From NCBI GenBank assembly GCA_973895155.1, contig OZ316898.1, forward strand, positions 14,476,330 to 14,540,329: DNA of 64,000 nucleotides. Direction: 5' to 3'. The first letter of the stretch is position 1, and each line of letters begins with the position of its first letter. This DNA comes from Marsupella aquatica (taxonomy: Eukaryota > Plantae > Marchantiophyta). The notes beneath the pieces are model-generated. The model saw nothing but the letters and a program-made list of their open reading frames with translations. It was not told the DNA's origin and searched no databases. Positions 23,101 through 35,700 of the stretch are shown here, piece after piece. A program made the translations under genes and the position numbers.

Positions 23101-24806
23101 TCATCCTCCAGCCGATTTAGCTCATTCAAACCTTCTTGAGGGACCTTCTCAGCGCTCAACCCATTCCACTCAAGTTTCGACCGGTCTTGCGCTTCTCGGG
23201 ACAGACTCTGGCAATCCTTGTTTGTAGCACGTGAATTCTGAATCAAGTTCTCCTCCCATGATGGGTATTTGTACTTCAGGACACCATCGAGCAAAGATTC
23301 AAGGTAACGAGAAAGCTGCTCTTGCTCTTCTTCCACTAGCTGATCAACATTGTATAACATATTTTTCTCGTCCTCTTTTCGCTTCTCATTAGAAGCCAAA
23401 AGCCTGTCATAATCATCAGCCTGGTCGAGCTTCGCATAACGCATGAACAAAACAAAATCCGAGTCGGTGAGACTTTTGAGATCAAGACGATAGTCACAAT
23501 CTACGGTCCATTTGTTGATGAATGCAGGAAAGTCATCCACATTGATTTTGTCCGTAGCTTCCAAGGAGGCCAGCTTCCTAGGGCGCGTAGACGAAGCAAG
23601 CAACGCAATTCGGTTGCGTCCTTCGGACAGCTTGTAATCGTGGCCAAAAGTCAAACTAGAAGGCGCATCATTTTCGTTTGGGCCTTTAGAAGGAAGGTTA
23701 CTCCCAGGAAAAAGTGACAGACCTTGCAACCAAAATCCGGCAGTCATCTTAATACTGTCTTCTGATGCTTTGACCAGAGAAATCTGCAACCTTTGGGTAC
23801 GATGGCGTTTCGAAAACCTTGAAGAATTGTCAAACAGAGCATTTTTCAAGTTTCCGCCCTCCAAGCAGATGTACACTGTATCACAAAGGTCGAAGATATA
23901 TCTTATGAAATTGCACGACATGTCTTTACGGCTGGCCACGGGCAGCGAATGACCTTGATGCCAGTAGAATATGAAGACAGAGTTATCTCGCAACCATGCG
24001 TACAAACCAGGGGCAAGCTTGTCACTCTGAATCTGCGTCCAGACGTCCCCGTCCTCAGTGAGTTTCGTCTTCAGGAAAAATCCTCGCATGATATCTTTGC
24101 TTCCAAAACACCCGACCACTTTCATCGATTTGGAATTTAGACTCCCAAAATCAATTATGATCCTCTTGTCCTCGGACGTCCTCGCTGACCCTCCGGTGAT
24201 ATCGTTGCAAAGACGGAATATCTCATCTCGACACAGTATGACCTTTTCCACGAAAGATAGATCCTGGTTGTCGTTCTCAATCTGCATGAGCTTGAAGATC
24301 CTCTTGCGAACAGGCTGCAAGGATCGTCCAGTGAGTGCTGTGGTTGGTACGAGAGGAGAAACTTCAATTCCGGTGGCTCCTTTCTCCGATTGTCGGATGT
24401 TTTGCTCTGGAGTCACTTCTGCGATTGCATTGACAGCTCTCGGAGCCTGCGTTTGAGAAACACCAAGATTTTCTCTTCCATATCTGCCAAACACATCAAG
24501 GTCTGCACTCTCAAACGCATCGACATAGTCTCTTCTATTCTCTGACTCGACGTTCCGTGAGATATCAGGTCCTCCCGATCCATTGGTGGATCCGATTACG
24601 TCAATAGTCTCGAGGGCGACTTGAACACTTGGTGCGAGCTCTCCTCTGGAAGAAGACTCCGTATTTGCAGTGTTCTCTCCCAGACCTGAAAACAAAGACG
24701 GCCAGGGACTGTCGTTCCCACGACGAAATCCATCCCCGAATCCATCCCCGAATCCATCCCAAGAGTCATCTTCGGCACTGGAATGCGATGGCGATCCGCC
24801 GCCCAT
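17186..24806 (-). CDS. Giant (~2450 aa) GB1/RHD3-class (GBP/VLIG-like) GTPase with Cys/His-rich repeats and C-terminal VWA domain; one +1 frameshift near 17880
   Basis: Exon 1 is 24806-20259 (ATG of MGGGSP, 1516 codons, just after a tgtgcAG acceptor at 24819). A phase-0 intron spans 20258-19980 (AAG|GTCGGT ... ttcAG|GAT). Exon 2 is 19979-17186. GTPase motifs: G1 MGKQSSGKSYLLN (~20472-20498), G2 GGRCTDGVWM, G3 LLDFEGLG, G4-like MAIKDV. Repeated C-x3-C..H-x3-H-x-C modules occupy ~19120-17890. The VWA domain has MIDAS DRSSS..T..LSDG (~17800-17200). The frame is restored by removing one base in CCCCCAAAA (17886-17878). Confidence 0.85.
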
Positions 24807-26097
24807 GTCGACTGGGAGCTGCACAAACATATATGTTCATTTACCATCAGGTCGCCAGATTATTTGCCTCGTCAAACTTGACTGATCGCTACTGCATAGT
24901 GGTGACACAACGGTTGCGTAATTTGCAGAAAAGAACTATGAATGCTATGTTAGCGCGGAAACTTAGTTAGAAATCAATGTGCCAGACACTGAATTTGCAA
25001 TCACAAGCCTCGTTTCCCACCTGTCGATGGCAGCCTGTTGATGCTTCGATGCATAAACAATTTTCTCTGGAAATTGCCCCACGATTTGGCTCTCCGTATG
25101 ATGTTTACAACTCGGATTCAATGAAACGGGAAGAGCTATTTTCAATATCGCTCCTTGCCTGGATGAAACCTCTGCATTAATTGGTAAAATGAAATGGTAA
25201 TCGTCAATATAGAACGGAATTTATTGAACTGATCGTTTGATTCTTCTCTAGCCGAATGACTAGTCAGTTTTACCCTCGTTTCAACGTCTACTAGTATGCC
25301 AGTCGCCATGGAGATGACGCGAGCACCCGGAAGGCCGATCTGCAGACTCTAGATTTCTCAGATTGAGGAAATGGCAAAGAAAAGGAAATGAAAATGAGCT
25401 ACACTGAGACTTGGTAGCACTAGGATTGACGTGCAAGCCAGCATTGGAGAATTTAACGGAGGTACTAACTCGTGTATACCTTTTGCTCTGGTTAACAGAT
25501 GTCAGTATTGTCATTATTTTGAAAACTCGCGAGAGACTAGAAATGCAGTTCGGACTTGAATAGCTGAAGATTTGGGGATTCAGGATTCACCAGTTCCAGC
25601 AAGACGAGGAACGGCCGTGAACCGAAAATTGGGTTCACTGCCCAGGTTGAGAAGTACAGCTTCACTGCGATTGGATGCACTCGATCTGATGGCCCGCTAT
25701 TGATCTGCGGCTCCGTAAACACACATTAGAGACGCGCGAATACGAATATACCGAAGAAACACCTTATTATGCTTTAATCATGCATAAATATACTAGAAGT
25801 TACGATCATACTTGACACTGAAGTTGCAGACTAACCCCACCGTAAGTTGTTGCTAGAGCCAGGTACATGCACTGAGCTGACTACGTACAGTGGAGAACAA
25901 GCCGAAGAAGACTCGATATTACAGAGAACCAGGCGAAAACCATTGCGTCTCGACTCTCGACAACACTCGCACAATCTATCAGCGGGGGCAAACCAAGCAG
26001 CGCACTAAGGAAACGAACAGCACACTCGGGCAAGGGAACAAGATCTCCACCTATAGAGATTGGCCTATTTACTTGATTTCCAGAAATCATTCAAGCG

Positions 26098-26930
26098 AGT
26101 GGCACTCAGTACAGTTAGTAACTTGTAAAACAAGCAGCTCGGCCGGAGTACGAGTGGAGGTCCAAGGACATTGCCGCAAACCTTCACGACCCTCAAATCA
26201 GGAATCAATATTGCAGTACTACTGTCCTGATGGCGGATTCATAGGCGCTAGTCCGAGCAGTAACTTGCATCATTACGCTAAAACATAAAACATTATTGAG
26301 CGTTCACTCCAAGAGGGATTGTGGTGGAGCTCAACATAAAACATTATTGAGCCATCACTCCAAGAGGGATTACAGTGGCACCCTAGTGGCACTCAGTACG
26401 GTTACTAACTTGTAAAATAAGCAGCTCGGCCGGAGTGTGGCCTCCAACGACACTACATCAATCCCTCACGATCTCCATCTCATGATTTCAGATATGAATT
26501 GCAGTAGCCCTGCAGCGAAATCACTCCCATAGTGTTAGAAGTCACTCTCTCAAGCGGCCGCCAAAGCGTGAGGCCCAGGACAGTGCCGCAATCCCTGACC
26601 ATCCCCATCATTGATCTCAGATATGATTTGCATTACTGTCCCCTTCACCTATTTAGAGGCAATTGAAAGCAGCTATATAGTTGCATAATCACGTCTGTCG
26701 TAGAGCCTATACAGGACTGTAGCGATGTAAGTCACCCACTCAATTGCCCGCCAAAGAGTCGATCTCCAAGGACAGTGCCGCAAATACGCAATCCTTCTCC
26801 ATCCCCTTTCTATAACCGACTGTCCTATTGGATTCTTTGAAAGCATTGTGACTTCCGACCAGTTCGTTGCATCATCACGTCTGTCGTGGAGCCGATTAGC
26901 CGAACACCTCAGCCGCCACTCCCAAAGTAA
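26098..26930. repeat. Patchwork of degenerate direct repeats upstream of the GTPase gene
   Basis: AGTGGCACTCAGTAC.GTTA.TAACTTGTAAAA.AAGCAGCTCGGCCGGAGT at ~26098 and ~26385. AACATAAAACATTATTGAGC..TCACTCCAAGAGGGATT at ~26282 and ~26333. AGGACA(G/T)TGCCGCAA at ~26165, ~26577 and ~26769. ATCACGTCTGTCGT.GAGCC at ~26688 and ~26874. Confidence 0.65.
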
Positions 26931-27079
26931 TAGATTCACACTACAGCGCCCGATCTGATAATTATGATTTCGATTGCCGGTCTATAATGTAGACGCCTAG
27001 ACCTTAGTTACTATGCTTCCCGTCAGTGAATCGGTATAAGCATATTAGCCCCAATTTCTAGAATAGATTTGGCACAGCT

Positions 27080-27520
27080 AGCGGCGCTTGGCGTTCTGCT
27101 TGGTCTACTTCTCCTTGTGTATTAGGTTGGCCTTATTATGCTTGCCTCACTTTGTTGACCAGGTTGTTGCTTGGCCTTCGCCTCTCTTCATGGTTTACTT
27201 TGGCCTTCTGCTTCGCTTGCTCTCGTGGCCCTCTGCTTGGCCTAGTGTTTAGCCTGCCTCTCTCTCTCTCTGTTTAAATGTATGTTAGTTGGCCTTCAGC
27301 TTCGCCTTCTGCTTGGCGCCTCTTGTTGAGTAGGTTATTGGTTGGCCTTCCGCTTGGCGGTATGCTTCGCCGCCCTCGCTTCAGTTGTTAAATAGGTTGT
27401 TGGTTGGCTTTCAGCTTGGCCATACGCTTTGTCTGCCACTCCGTCAGTTGTTGCAGAGAATATTGTTGGTTAGCCTTCTGCTTGTCCATTTGTTTCGCTT
27501 GCCCCTTTGTCTGTTTCGGG
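27080..27520. repeat. Degenerate ~55-65-bp minisatellite (core TTGGCCTTCTGCTT)
   Basis: The core recurs at ~27171, 27200, 27289, 27342, 27403 and 27469. The minus strand reads as broken K(Q/R)KANQQ-type repeats with stops. Confidence 0.6.
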
Positions 27521-27905
27521 GCAATCCCTCATCGGGTGTAGTGGAGGAGTTTCTTCTCTAAAATGTCCTGTGGAAATGCAGATTTATTGCACTTTTTAGA
27601 AGTGCAAGCAATCCTCACTGCAGGACAGATTTATAAGTGCAATTTCTTCTATGAGTGATGGAACTCTTCCCCAGTTTGCTCATGCTTTTATGCTGGAGTA
27701 AGTAGAGTAGATTGGTCTCAACCTTGGTGGACTACTCGTCTGTGAAATCTCAGCTGTTAATTAATAGGGTTAAAAGTAGTGTTGGTCTTGAGTGGTTTCA
27801 ACATTGCAATTTCAATCTCGTATACTTCCTGGATGTAGATCATAATTTTGGCTCACTTTTGTGATCTGGTTGACTAGGACTTGTTCCTTGATTGTGGACA
27901 GGGTT

Positions 27906-28670
27906 TATATATATATATCCATTCAAAGAGACAGCATACAACAAGGCGGCCCACAAAAGGGGGACAATACCCAGGGTGGGCGTGAGGTCAAAGTGCTAGA
28001 GGCTGGAGGAGCTGGTACCAAGCTAGAAGAGAGGTTTCAGCAAGGAGACAACTAACAAGACGTTCAACTACTGTAGGGGGACCAACACACTCTGTAAAAC
28101 CAACCAGTGGAGAAGCTCCGACGAGGGGCCATCTATTGGGTCCATGACAAGTATTACCCCATCGATCTATCTACATAACAAACTCCCAAGAAAACTCCTA
28201 CCTTGAAAGCAACCTAAAATTCACGGAGGTCGACTAGGGGGCACCGAGGGAACCTGGAAAATCTCCTTATATATGAACCTCCTAGAGGCTGGCATAAGCT
28301 CCGTAGTCCAGAGACATGTCAGCAAAGATACCATTGGCCGTAGCCTAGCTTCCCAAGACGTATTTTACGTCTATGCCGAGTCCAATCCTTGTGCATACAG
28401 ACTGTGAGCCTGTGCCAGGATTTATGTATGATAGCATGGGGATCCAAGCAAGTGTGTTCAATGAAATGGTAACTCCTATCCTTCCATGTATTCCAACAGG
28501 CAATGGCTCTAAGAATGTCCCGGAGTTTCGAGGGAACATCCCACTCCTTGGGTAGCAGCTCAGCCAAATGTGGGTCAGCCGCAGCACTGAGCGGAATTGC
28601 TTAGTGGGTGAGGCAAGACGCAAAATGCAGTGGACCCAATTCTAAACCTGCTGTGAGATGCCCTGGGCCT
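27906..28670 (-). mobile_element. 5'-truncated LINE 3' end (degenerate)
   Basis: The minus-strand peptide LRAIACWNTWKDRSYHFIEH resembles the W-x-x-W-K-x-R-N C-terminal motif of plant LINE ORF2. The segment ends in a (TA)n tract at ~27906-27918. Confidence 0.5.
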
Positions 28671-28679
28671 GATAATGAT

Positions 28680-28855
28680 TTGCATGTCATGTTGCAAAAT
28701 AGGCATATATTGATAGACATCTATCAATATAGACATCTATCAATATATCAATATATGCCTATTTTGCAAGACATGTTGCAAAATGTTGCAAGACATGCAA
28801 GAAGATTATAAAGATTCTTGTCATGTTGCAAAATAGGCATATATTGATAGATATT
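28680..28855. repeat. AT-rich inverted-repeat/hairpin cluster
   Basis: TGCAAAATAGGCATATATTGATAG (28693-28716) is inverted as ATCAATATATGCCTATTTTGCA (~28747-28768). A third, direct copy lies at ~28827-28850. Confidence 0.7.
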
Positions 28856-29059
28856 CTTCTTTCTCAAAGAGTATGATTAATAAAATTAATGTAGCAAATT
28901 TGGCTCTAAGCATTCTTACTATTTGATGTGATATGTGAATTTTTCTTTGACTTGAAGAAAAATGTAAATAATGAGACAAAATTATAATCCTTCAAATTGT
29001 CATTTTATAATGGTTTAAAGGATCTGAAGTATCATTTTTGAAAGTTTCAAGAGAATGTT

Positions 29060-31740
29060 TTATTGATCAAAAAATAATAACAAGGGGTACTAAGGGGGGT
29101 CCATTCTCAGGGGGTACAAATATATTACTAGGAATGGGGGCCAGGGGAGAGATGAGACAATTCCAAATGCAGGGAACAATGTCTTCCTGAACGGTACCGC
29201 AAAGGGACAGCACGCGCACCAAGTGGTAGGATCCAATGTAGGGAGCATAAGAAAGCGCCAATGTTGGGTAGCCAGAATACAATATTCAGCTGACCATGCG
29301 CCAAAGGAAGCAATTGATTCTCAGAAACAACTCTAAATGGCAGCCAAGTCTGGTGTCATAGTGTCTGGGGCATGGATTGCCAACTAAACCAAATAGACCA
29401 CTTGTGCAGCGCCCTGTGCAAGACACTTCTCTCCTGGCCTTGCATCTTGCAAAGGTGTCTTGTGTTGGTATCAAAAAAGGGTGTACCATCCTTCCAGCTG
29501 TACTGATTGGCAGCCTCTGATCAAATGTGCAGTCTGGCCGCTGCCCTATAAGCTAGGTGCCCTAATCAGAACATGATGGAGGGATACCAATGACAAGGGT
29601 TGAGAGTTTTCACGTACCAGGCAGGAGAATGAACCCTATTACACATTGTGAAGGTGCAAGTAGCAGCATGAGAAGGGACAAAAGTTCGTTCTCCATTGTG
29701 AGGGGAAAAGATTTCTCTGCACCTTGAATTCCCATACAGCATGGGTGAGGTCCGGGAGAACACCCTCCATGTAAAGGACAGTTGTTGTTGCCTGTCCGGG
29801 TCAAAAGCCTTGGTAACATCAAGCTTCATGAGGATAAAGTCCAGTTTACTCTATTTGGCATGGTGCAGCATTCATTGAGCAACAAAAGTGAGTGGTGTAT
29901 ATTTATGTCAGGGAGGAAGGCAAAGTGTTGTGGAGAGGTGAATCTCTGCAAAACAGGGATCAACCCTAGTTGGAAAGCTTTGGCTCCTATCTTATACATA
30001 ACATTAAGCAATGTGATAGGGAGCTTGTTGTTGAGGTACCATTGATGTCCTTTCTTGCACAGAAGTACAATGAATTCCCATGTACATTCAGGGTGAAGGG
30101 TCCCACTCGACAGTCCATGCATGTAGCAATGCCCTGTCTAGAGCTGGTCCCACGACTCTCTAGTTGGCCACAAAGAATTCCACTGGTACACCATCAGGGC
30201 CAGGGCATTTATTGTTGGCAAGAGCTTTGGTAGCTAGGAAGAGTGTGCACCTCAAGGGTTAAAGGTAAATTGAGGGTTGCCTGGTCCACTGCAGAGAGAC
30301 AGTCAAATTACAAACTAAGAGATCACCGTCTCGATCTGCTCCTGGTTGACACCATTTGATGTGGCCAGGATGTCTTAGAAGATCAAACCCGGGCTAAGTT
30401 TGGCCATCTCATCCCACTCAGAAATCTCATGGTCATTCTCATCTATGAGTATGTGGGTCTCCTTATCTGAAGAGAGGCATTTTAAGGTTTTGAAGAAGAG
30501 CCTAGGGCTCTTGAATGTCTCCATCCTCAATCCACCTGGCCTGCAAGATCTGATCCATCCATTGTGTTTTCAGTTACAAATTCCATTCAACATAGCTCTA
30601 TCAGCAAGCAACACTTCAACCTGGGCATTCTCACACTTCAACCTGGGCATTCTCCATCTCTAGTTGCATGTGGGCAAGTGTTAATACCCCCTGAGGTTCC
30701 TCTCCTTCAAACGCCAATCATTGGCTTGACATTTCCCCATGCCCAATCCAACCTCCAGGCCTTCTTAAGACAATGATTCAGAGTCACATTCAGGGGCAGT
30801 CCCCTGTCCCCACATCTAAGTTCTTCCTCCCCCCACAAAGCAGCAAGGTGCTCCTAATACAGCTTGTGGTTTTGATGCCTTGTGTTCATGTGGTGTTGTG
30901 AAAATCGCCTGTTGGAGCTGTTAAGAGTGAGGGTGGCAACCACATGGGCATGGTCAGACAAATTGATTCCAGGAAGGTTGGTGGAAGAAAGAGTGAATCT
31001 AGAGTATCTCATGCGTTGGGCAGTAAATGGTCCGTTAAATACGATGGACAACGTATCTCCCAATTGTCCTCCTTGAAATGACAGTAGATGGCAAAAATCA
31101 CCCTTGCTATCCTAGCTGAAACCCCGGTTGAAACAAAGATGCTTGTGTACCTGCTGGAATGAGTTCTCCAGTTGAAATTTCCTCTTCAAATGTCTCCAGG
31201 CCCATTGCTCATTGCAAGAGACACAAGCCAGCTAAGCCCCTCTGATCAGTTAGCTCCTCAATCATGTTAAAGTCCATCATGAAGATCCAACAGCATTTTG
31301 TGTCCAGACAGTTGAAAAGTTCACACACACAAATGAGTTTGGGGCATAAAGGCCAAGCACACACACCTTACCCAATTGTAATGTCTCAAAACACATCCAA
31401 GGAGCATAATTACTAGGAAGTTTCTGAAGAGGAAGTTCCCCCTTCCCCCTTCAAATGTAATGTGTGGGGTTAAAGATTTCAATTGTTGATCGCCAATGCA
31501 ACACCTCCCAATCCAACGGTCACTCTCTAATTTTGGATGGAGTGCACTCCATCCACGGCAGGAGCAATAATCTAGTGAGCATCCCTCCACACTTTGGCTT
31601 GACATGGGAAGGCCCTGCCCGCCCTTAATTTATGCTCCTGGTGCTAAAGGCCTCCAGAATAAACTGGGTCTGTAAATGGTTTCTCCTTGTTGCAAGTCCT
31701 TTGAGGTTGTAGCTCACCAGTTGAGAGATTTCATGATGCG
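29060..31740 (-). mobile_element. Degenerate LINE (non-LTR retrotransposon) ORF2: APE endonuclease + RT remnants
   Basis: Minus strand shows LVSYNLKGL (APE start, ~31720), LSDHAHV (APE end), IVLLCKKG..PITLLNVMYKIGAKA..QHFAFLP (RT) and KLDVTKAFD. There are many stops and frameshifts, with an internal deletion after KAFD. AATAAA lies near 29060. Confidence 0.8.
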
Positions 31741-32491
31741 TGAGTGATCTCTTGAAAGAGGTTACAGCCAAGGGGTTCATCCACAGTGAACACTGGTTTT
31801 CTCAATCAAACATTTAGTCATTCCAAGAGAGAATCTTTGTTCAATGCACTAGCTCTATTCCATACATGACAGTTATACATTAATTCAGTGTTGGCGTTGG
31901 TCTGCAATTTTTGGTGGACATTTGCCTTCATGTTTCAATTGACAATATTGGCAGGTTGCGTTTGTGAATTGTTGTATCTGATTCTGGTTAGCTTCTTGCT
32001 CTCTTTGTTTGGGCAAATATTTTGGATGGGAGTGGACCAGATGCTCATGGACGGCTGGGCACTCAGATGCCACACAGAACTTGGGGGAGTTAGCACAATG
32101 TTGGACTATGGCTTTCTCAAATGTTTGTTTGCAGACAGTGAACAAAATGTTGTACACAGATCTGAGGCCCTAGGCCCTCAACTTCACTAACTTGGAAGGG
32201 TGAACATCACAACAGTAATTTATATCAATCACAAACTAGCTTTTATCAATTATTATAATTATAATTACTGATCAATAACAAGAAAAGCATTTATGAGGAA
32301 TGGGAAATATTGCAAGATAAAAGGGGAGGGAGAGCTCCCTGGACAATAAGGGCAAGAATAAGGGCCACAGGGCTGAGGTGGATCTCATTCATTTCAAAAT
32401 TTATTTGATGTTTATGTCATTTAGAGAAATTGTTAGGAATTGACTTGAGTTCCCGACTATAGTTAGTTTGGCCTTTGTGATGGGGTCCCCG

Positions 32492-32736
32492 CTCGGGGGG
32501 GTCACTATATGAAGGGTCATACATCACGTGCGACGGTTTGGGTCATTTATGACCCCCCTAAGTCACTTTCTAGAAATTTGTACGACACCAATCATGTGAT
32601 GACACGTATGCATTTTGCAATTAAATAACCCTATATTTCCATAGAAGACTTAATAAGTCTTCCGCCAAAACCATTTAAATGGCCCTATACTTCGTCGCAC
32701 ATGATATGTCACTTCCATGGAAGTGACCCCCCCGAG
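32492..32736. mobile_element. MITE, 245 bp, TIR CTCGGGGGGGTCACT, 8-bp TSD GGTCCCCG
   Basis: Perfect terminal inverted repeats. TSD at 32484-32491 and 32737-32744. Near-identical reverse complement of 36765-37009. Confidence 0.92.
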
Positions 32737-32805
32737 GGTCCCCGGCTCGAAAAGTCAGCATTAGGTGTTATTGGCAAGATGCATGTAAATAAATAAGCCA
32801 ATATA

Positions 32806-33092
32806 CTCGGGGGGTTGACTATAAAAAATCTTAGGAACCACGTGTGATCCAAAATAGGTATTTTTGATAGAAATTAACTAAATTTTTAAAAAGCGTATGA
32901 GGCAAAAGAAGGTATTATAAACTCATGTTTATGGAATATTCTCTAATATATACCTTTTATAAAGTAAAATAGGTTATTAATATTGAAAATAGAGAATATT
33001 CTTGGAATATTTTCTTTATAAAATAGGCCTATTTATATTAGGCTAGGATCGCATGTGGTACCCCAGAATACACACTTAGTTAACCCCCCGAG
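32806..33092. mobile_element. MITE, 287 bp, TIR CTCGGGGGGTT(G/A)ACTA
   Basis: CTCGGGGGGTTGACTA ... TAGTTAACCCCCCGAG, with CAATATA duplicated on both sides. Same subfamily as 51925-52215. Confidence 0.88.
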
Positions 33093-33345
33093 CAATATAC
33101 ACAAGAGTTTTTCAATTTTTTTTAATTTCTTAAAAGTTAATCATCCCGGTGTGTGTTCATGTTTCTCTGGAGGGCCAGAGCTATTTGAACCCGGGAGGAA
33201 CTATTTTTTTAATTGACACTTTGCTCTCTTGGGTCTTGTTGTTGTGGGAGAAGAAAATTAGGCATCTTAAGGGGATACCACCAATTAACATTTGGAGACC
33301 CCGACAGTTTTTCTTGGCCCCGGTGTAATATGGCGGAGTCGCCAC

Positions 33346-33475
33346 GGAGGAGGAGCCCGCGAGCCGTGGGGTGCCAGGTGGAGTCATCCGGGGAGGAGGA
33401 GCCCGCGAGCCGTGGGGCACCAGGTGGAGTCAGCCGGGGAGGAGGAGCCGGTGAGCCATGGGGCGCCAGGTGGAG
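33346..33475. repeat. GC-rich 46-bp tandem repeat x~3 inside the solo-LTR-like insert
   Basis: GGAGGAGGAGCCCGCGAGCCGTGGGG..CCAGGTGGAGTCA.CCG starts at 33346, 33392 and 33438. Confidence 0.85.
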
Positions 33476-33885
33476 GGCCCAATGTAAGGTTGCGTGCCCA
33501 CAAGTTGGGAGGCAGCAGGCGCAAGACGGAGGGCCGCCCCGGGAGTAGCAAGCCCCGGGAGTAGCGAGCCCCGGCAGGAGAAGGCAACCAGGAGTAAAAG
33601 CACGAGTGGGGTAGTAGGCGCAAGGAGGAGGCCGCAAGCCGGGAGTAACTCACCCAAGTGCCGAAAGCAAATGCATTTTCTTTCCCACACCTCATTGCGG
33701 AAAGCTCTCGAGATATCTCCCCATTTTTTTTGAAGTATTCCCTTGGCGCTTGGCTTGGAGAGCTATGATAGCAACAGTGGCAGCATTGGGTGACTTCTGG
33801 GAATTGAGAGTGGTTCTTGATCGAGTGATGGGGGCCGTTCGGGCCAGGGTTTAAATTTTGCTACTGGATTTTGTGACGGGATTTT

Positions 33886-35700
33886 GTGAGATCAAGAGAT
33901 TTTTCCAGAGTATGGATGCTTGATCAGCCTGAGTTCAGTGCAGCTCGCATTCGTCGGTACAAGGCCGCTTACTGGGACTACATTGCGTCGCGAATTGCTA
34001 AAGAGAGAAAAGGAAGACATACAGCCATGAGTACTGGACCAAATACCCGTAGTGCATCCGTTGAGAGGAGGGTTTTCCAAAGAGACTACCCTCGGACTTC
34101 TGCCAAGATGATGGAGGAGTGCAAGGAGATTTTTCAGGCCACGGGTCTCACCAATTTCATGCGGGTAGAGATCAGGATTCCCCAAGATAGGACTTGGAAT
34201 GTGGAGACGGGATTAGAGTTTTGTACGGAGGGGATATACTTTCATTGTACACAGAGGTTGATCCCCAACATGGAGCTGGCCAAGCTATTGTTCCTGGACA
34301 ACCAGGATTTCACTTTTCAGCCAGCGGAGCCACCAGAGACACTTACGTTGGAGAAGCTAGCTGAGGTTGTGAGAGATCCCACCTCCGTAACCACCATTCC
34401 CCTTTCATCATTCAAGGAACCAGCCTTCAAGGGGTTGGTGGCCAAGATACACCAACAGGTGCTTGGCCGGGGGCAATTTGAAGTGGTGAGTGGAGATCAA
34501 TTGGCTATTGCCAATGACATCAAAGCCCACCCAAGTCACACTTACGGATGGTGGTACTTTGGGCTGAAGAAAGCATTGGCCATAGATCCTAAAAGTGTGA
34601 AGTCCGGAGGGAGCGTTCATTTGATGGTGTCCTTCCTCTTGGCCAGGTCAGAAGGGCTCCTCCCCTCTCTGGGAACTGAAGAATCCGTGCCACCCTTCAC
34701 CATGGAAATACGGAGGATTGCAACTACCATCTTAGGGAGTCTCGCGACGGAACCACCGTCTGAACCTATAGCCAAAACCACTACAGAAGAGGAACCAGAT
34801 GAGGATAGCACGGTGGAGTGGATGGAGTCGCTTGTGGGGAATCCGAAGGAGCCCTTTGATTACGATGTGCCCGAGGTGTATTTGGCTGAATTACGTGATT
34901 TCCGCAATGGAGTGCATGAGGGGCTGAAGTTGTGCCAAACTTTGAGAGAGGCCCTCAACCAAGCCAATGCTAGGGTAGAAACCTTGTAGACGAGAAGCCA
35001 GGCCTTGAAAGAGGTGATAAAGCCTAAGGAGGTAGTGATCCAAGAGCAAGGTGGATCACTTACGGAGGCATAGGCTCAAATTTCTCAGTTGCACGGAGCT
35101 AAGGAAGCGTTGGAGGTGGGAGTCTTGAGGGAGGAATTGGCCAAGCTCAAGCAGAGCACTAGTGAGATAGAGAGGCTGAAGCGACAAATTGTGGAGTTAC
35201 GGGGCTAGGTTGAATGGGTGTCCCCGTCATTACGGGCAGAGATCTCACCTAGTCATGGAATAGCGGGGATGTTGGATATGCCACCTAGGACCGCAAACCC
35301 AGGAACCCCTTTGGCTATCGGTCAGGTCTTACCCTTGGAATTGCAGGGAGGGGAGGAGGCCACTCTATGGAAGGACACGATTAGCCATGGTTATGTTAGG
35401 GTCTGGCAAGCTTTGGCGGCATTGAGGAGACGGGGAGCCTCTGGCCAGGCCCGGGAAGGACTCCCCCGGCAAGGAGAATAGTAGGTGTTGCACCCACATC
35501 AGCGGAGGGCGCCGGCAGTTAGGATTCCCGAGGGTGGAGTCCCGGTTCCGTGAGTGAGTCGAGGGAAGACTAGTGAGGCGTACGGACGTTGGTCGTACGG
35601 ATTTTGAATTATGCAACACCTTGGATGAGAGGAATTGCGGGCTTGTTGGAAGGAGCTCGAGGAGCTGATTCCGGCAAGGTGTGGCACGCCCAGAATGGAG
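33886..35700 (+). pseudogene. TE-borne ORF (367 open codons, then a stop-interrupted coiled-coil extension); possibly plant-mobile-domain-like
   Basis: Open frame 33886-34989. The same frame continues through TAG stops into heptad-rich text (EELAKLKQSTSEIERLKRQIVELR). Resemblance to the plant mobile domain (ATGLTNF; YGWW..LKKAL..GGSVHL) is by eye only. Confidence 0.5.

Noticed and set aside
17813-24970. Plus-strand ORFs of 100-200 aa antisense to the GTPase gene
   Set aside because: These are typical shadow ORFs of a long coding exon, with no recognisable motifs.
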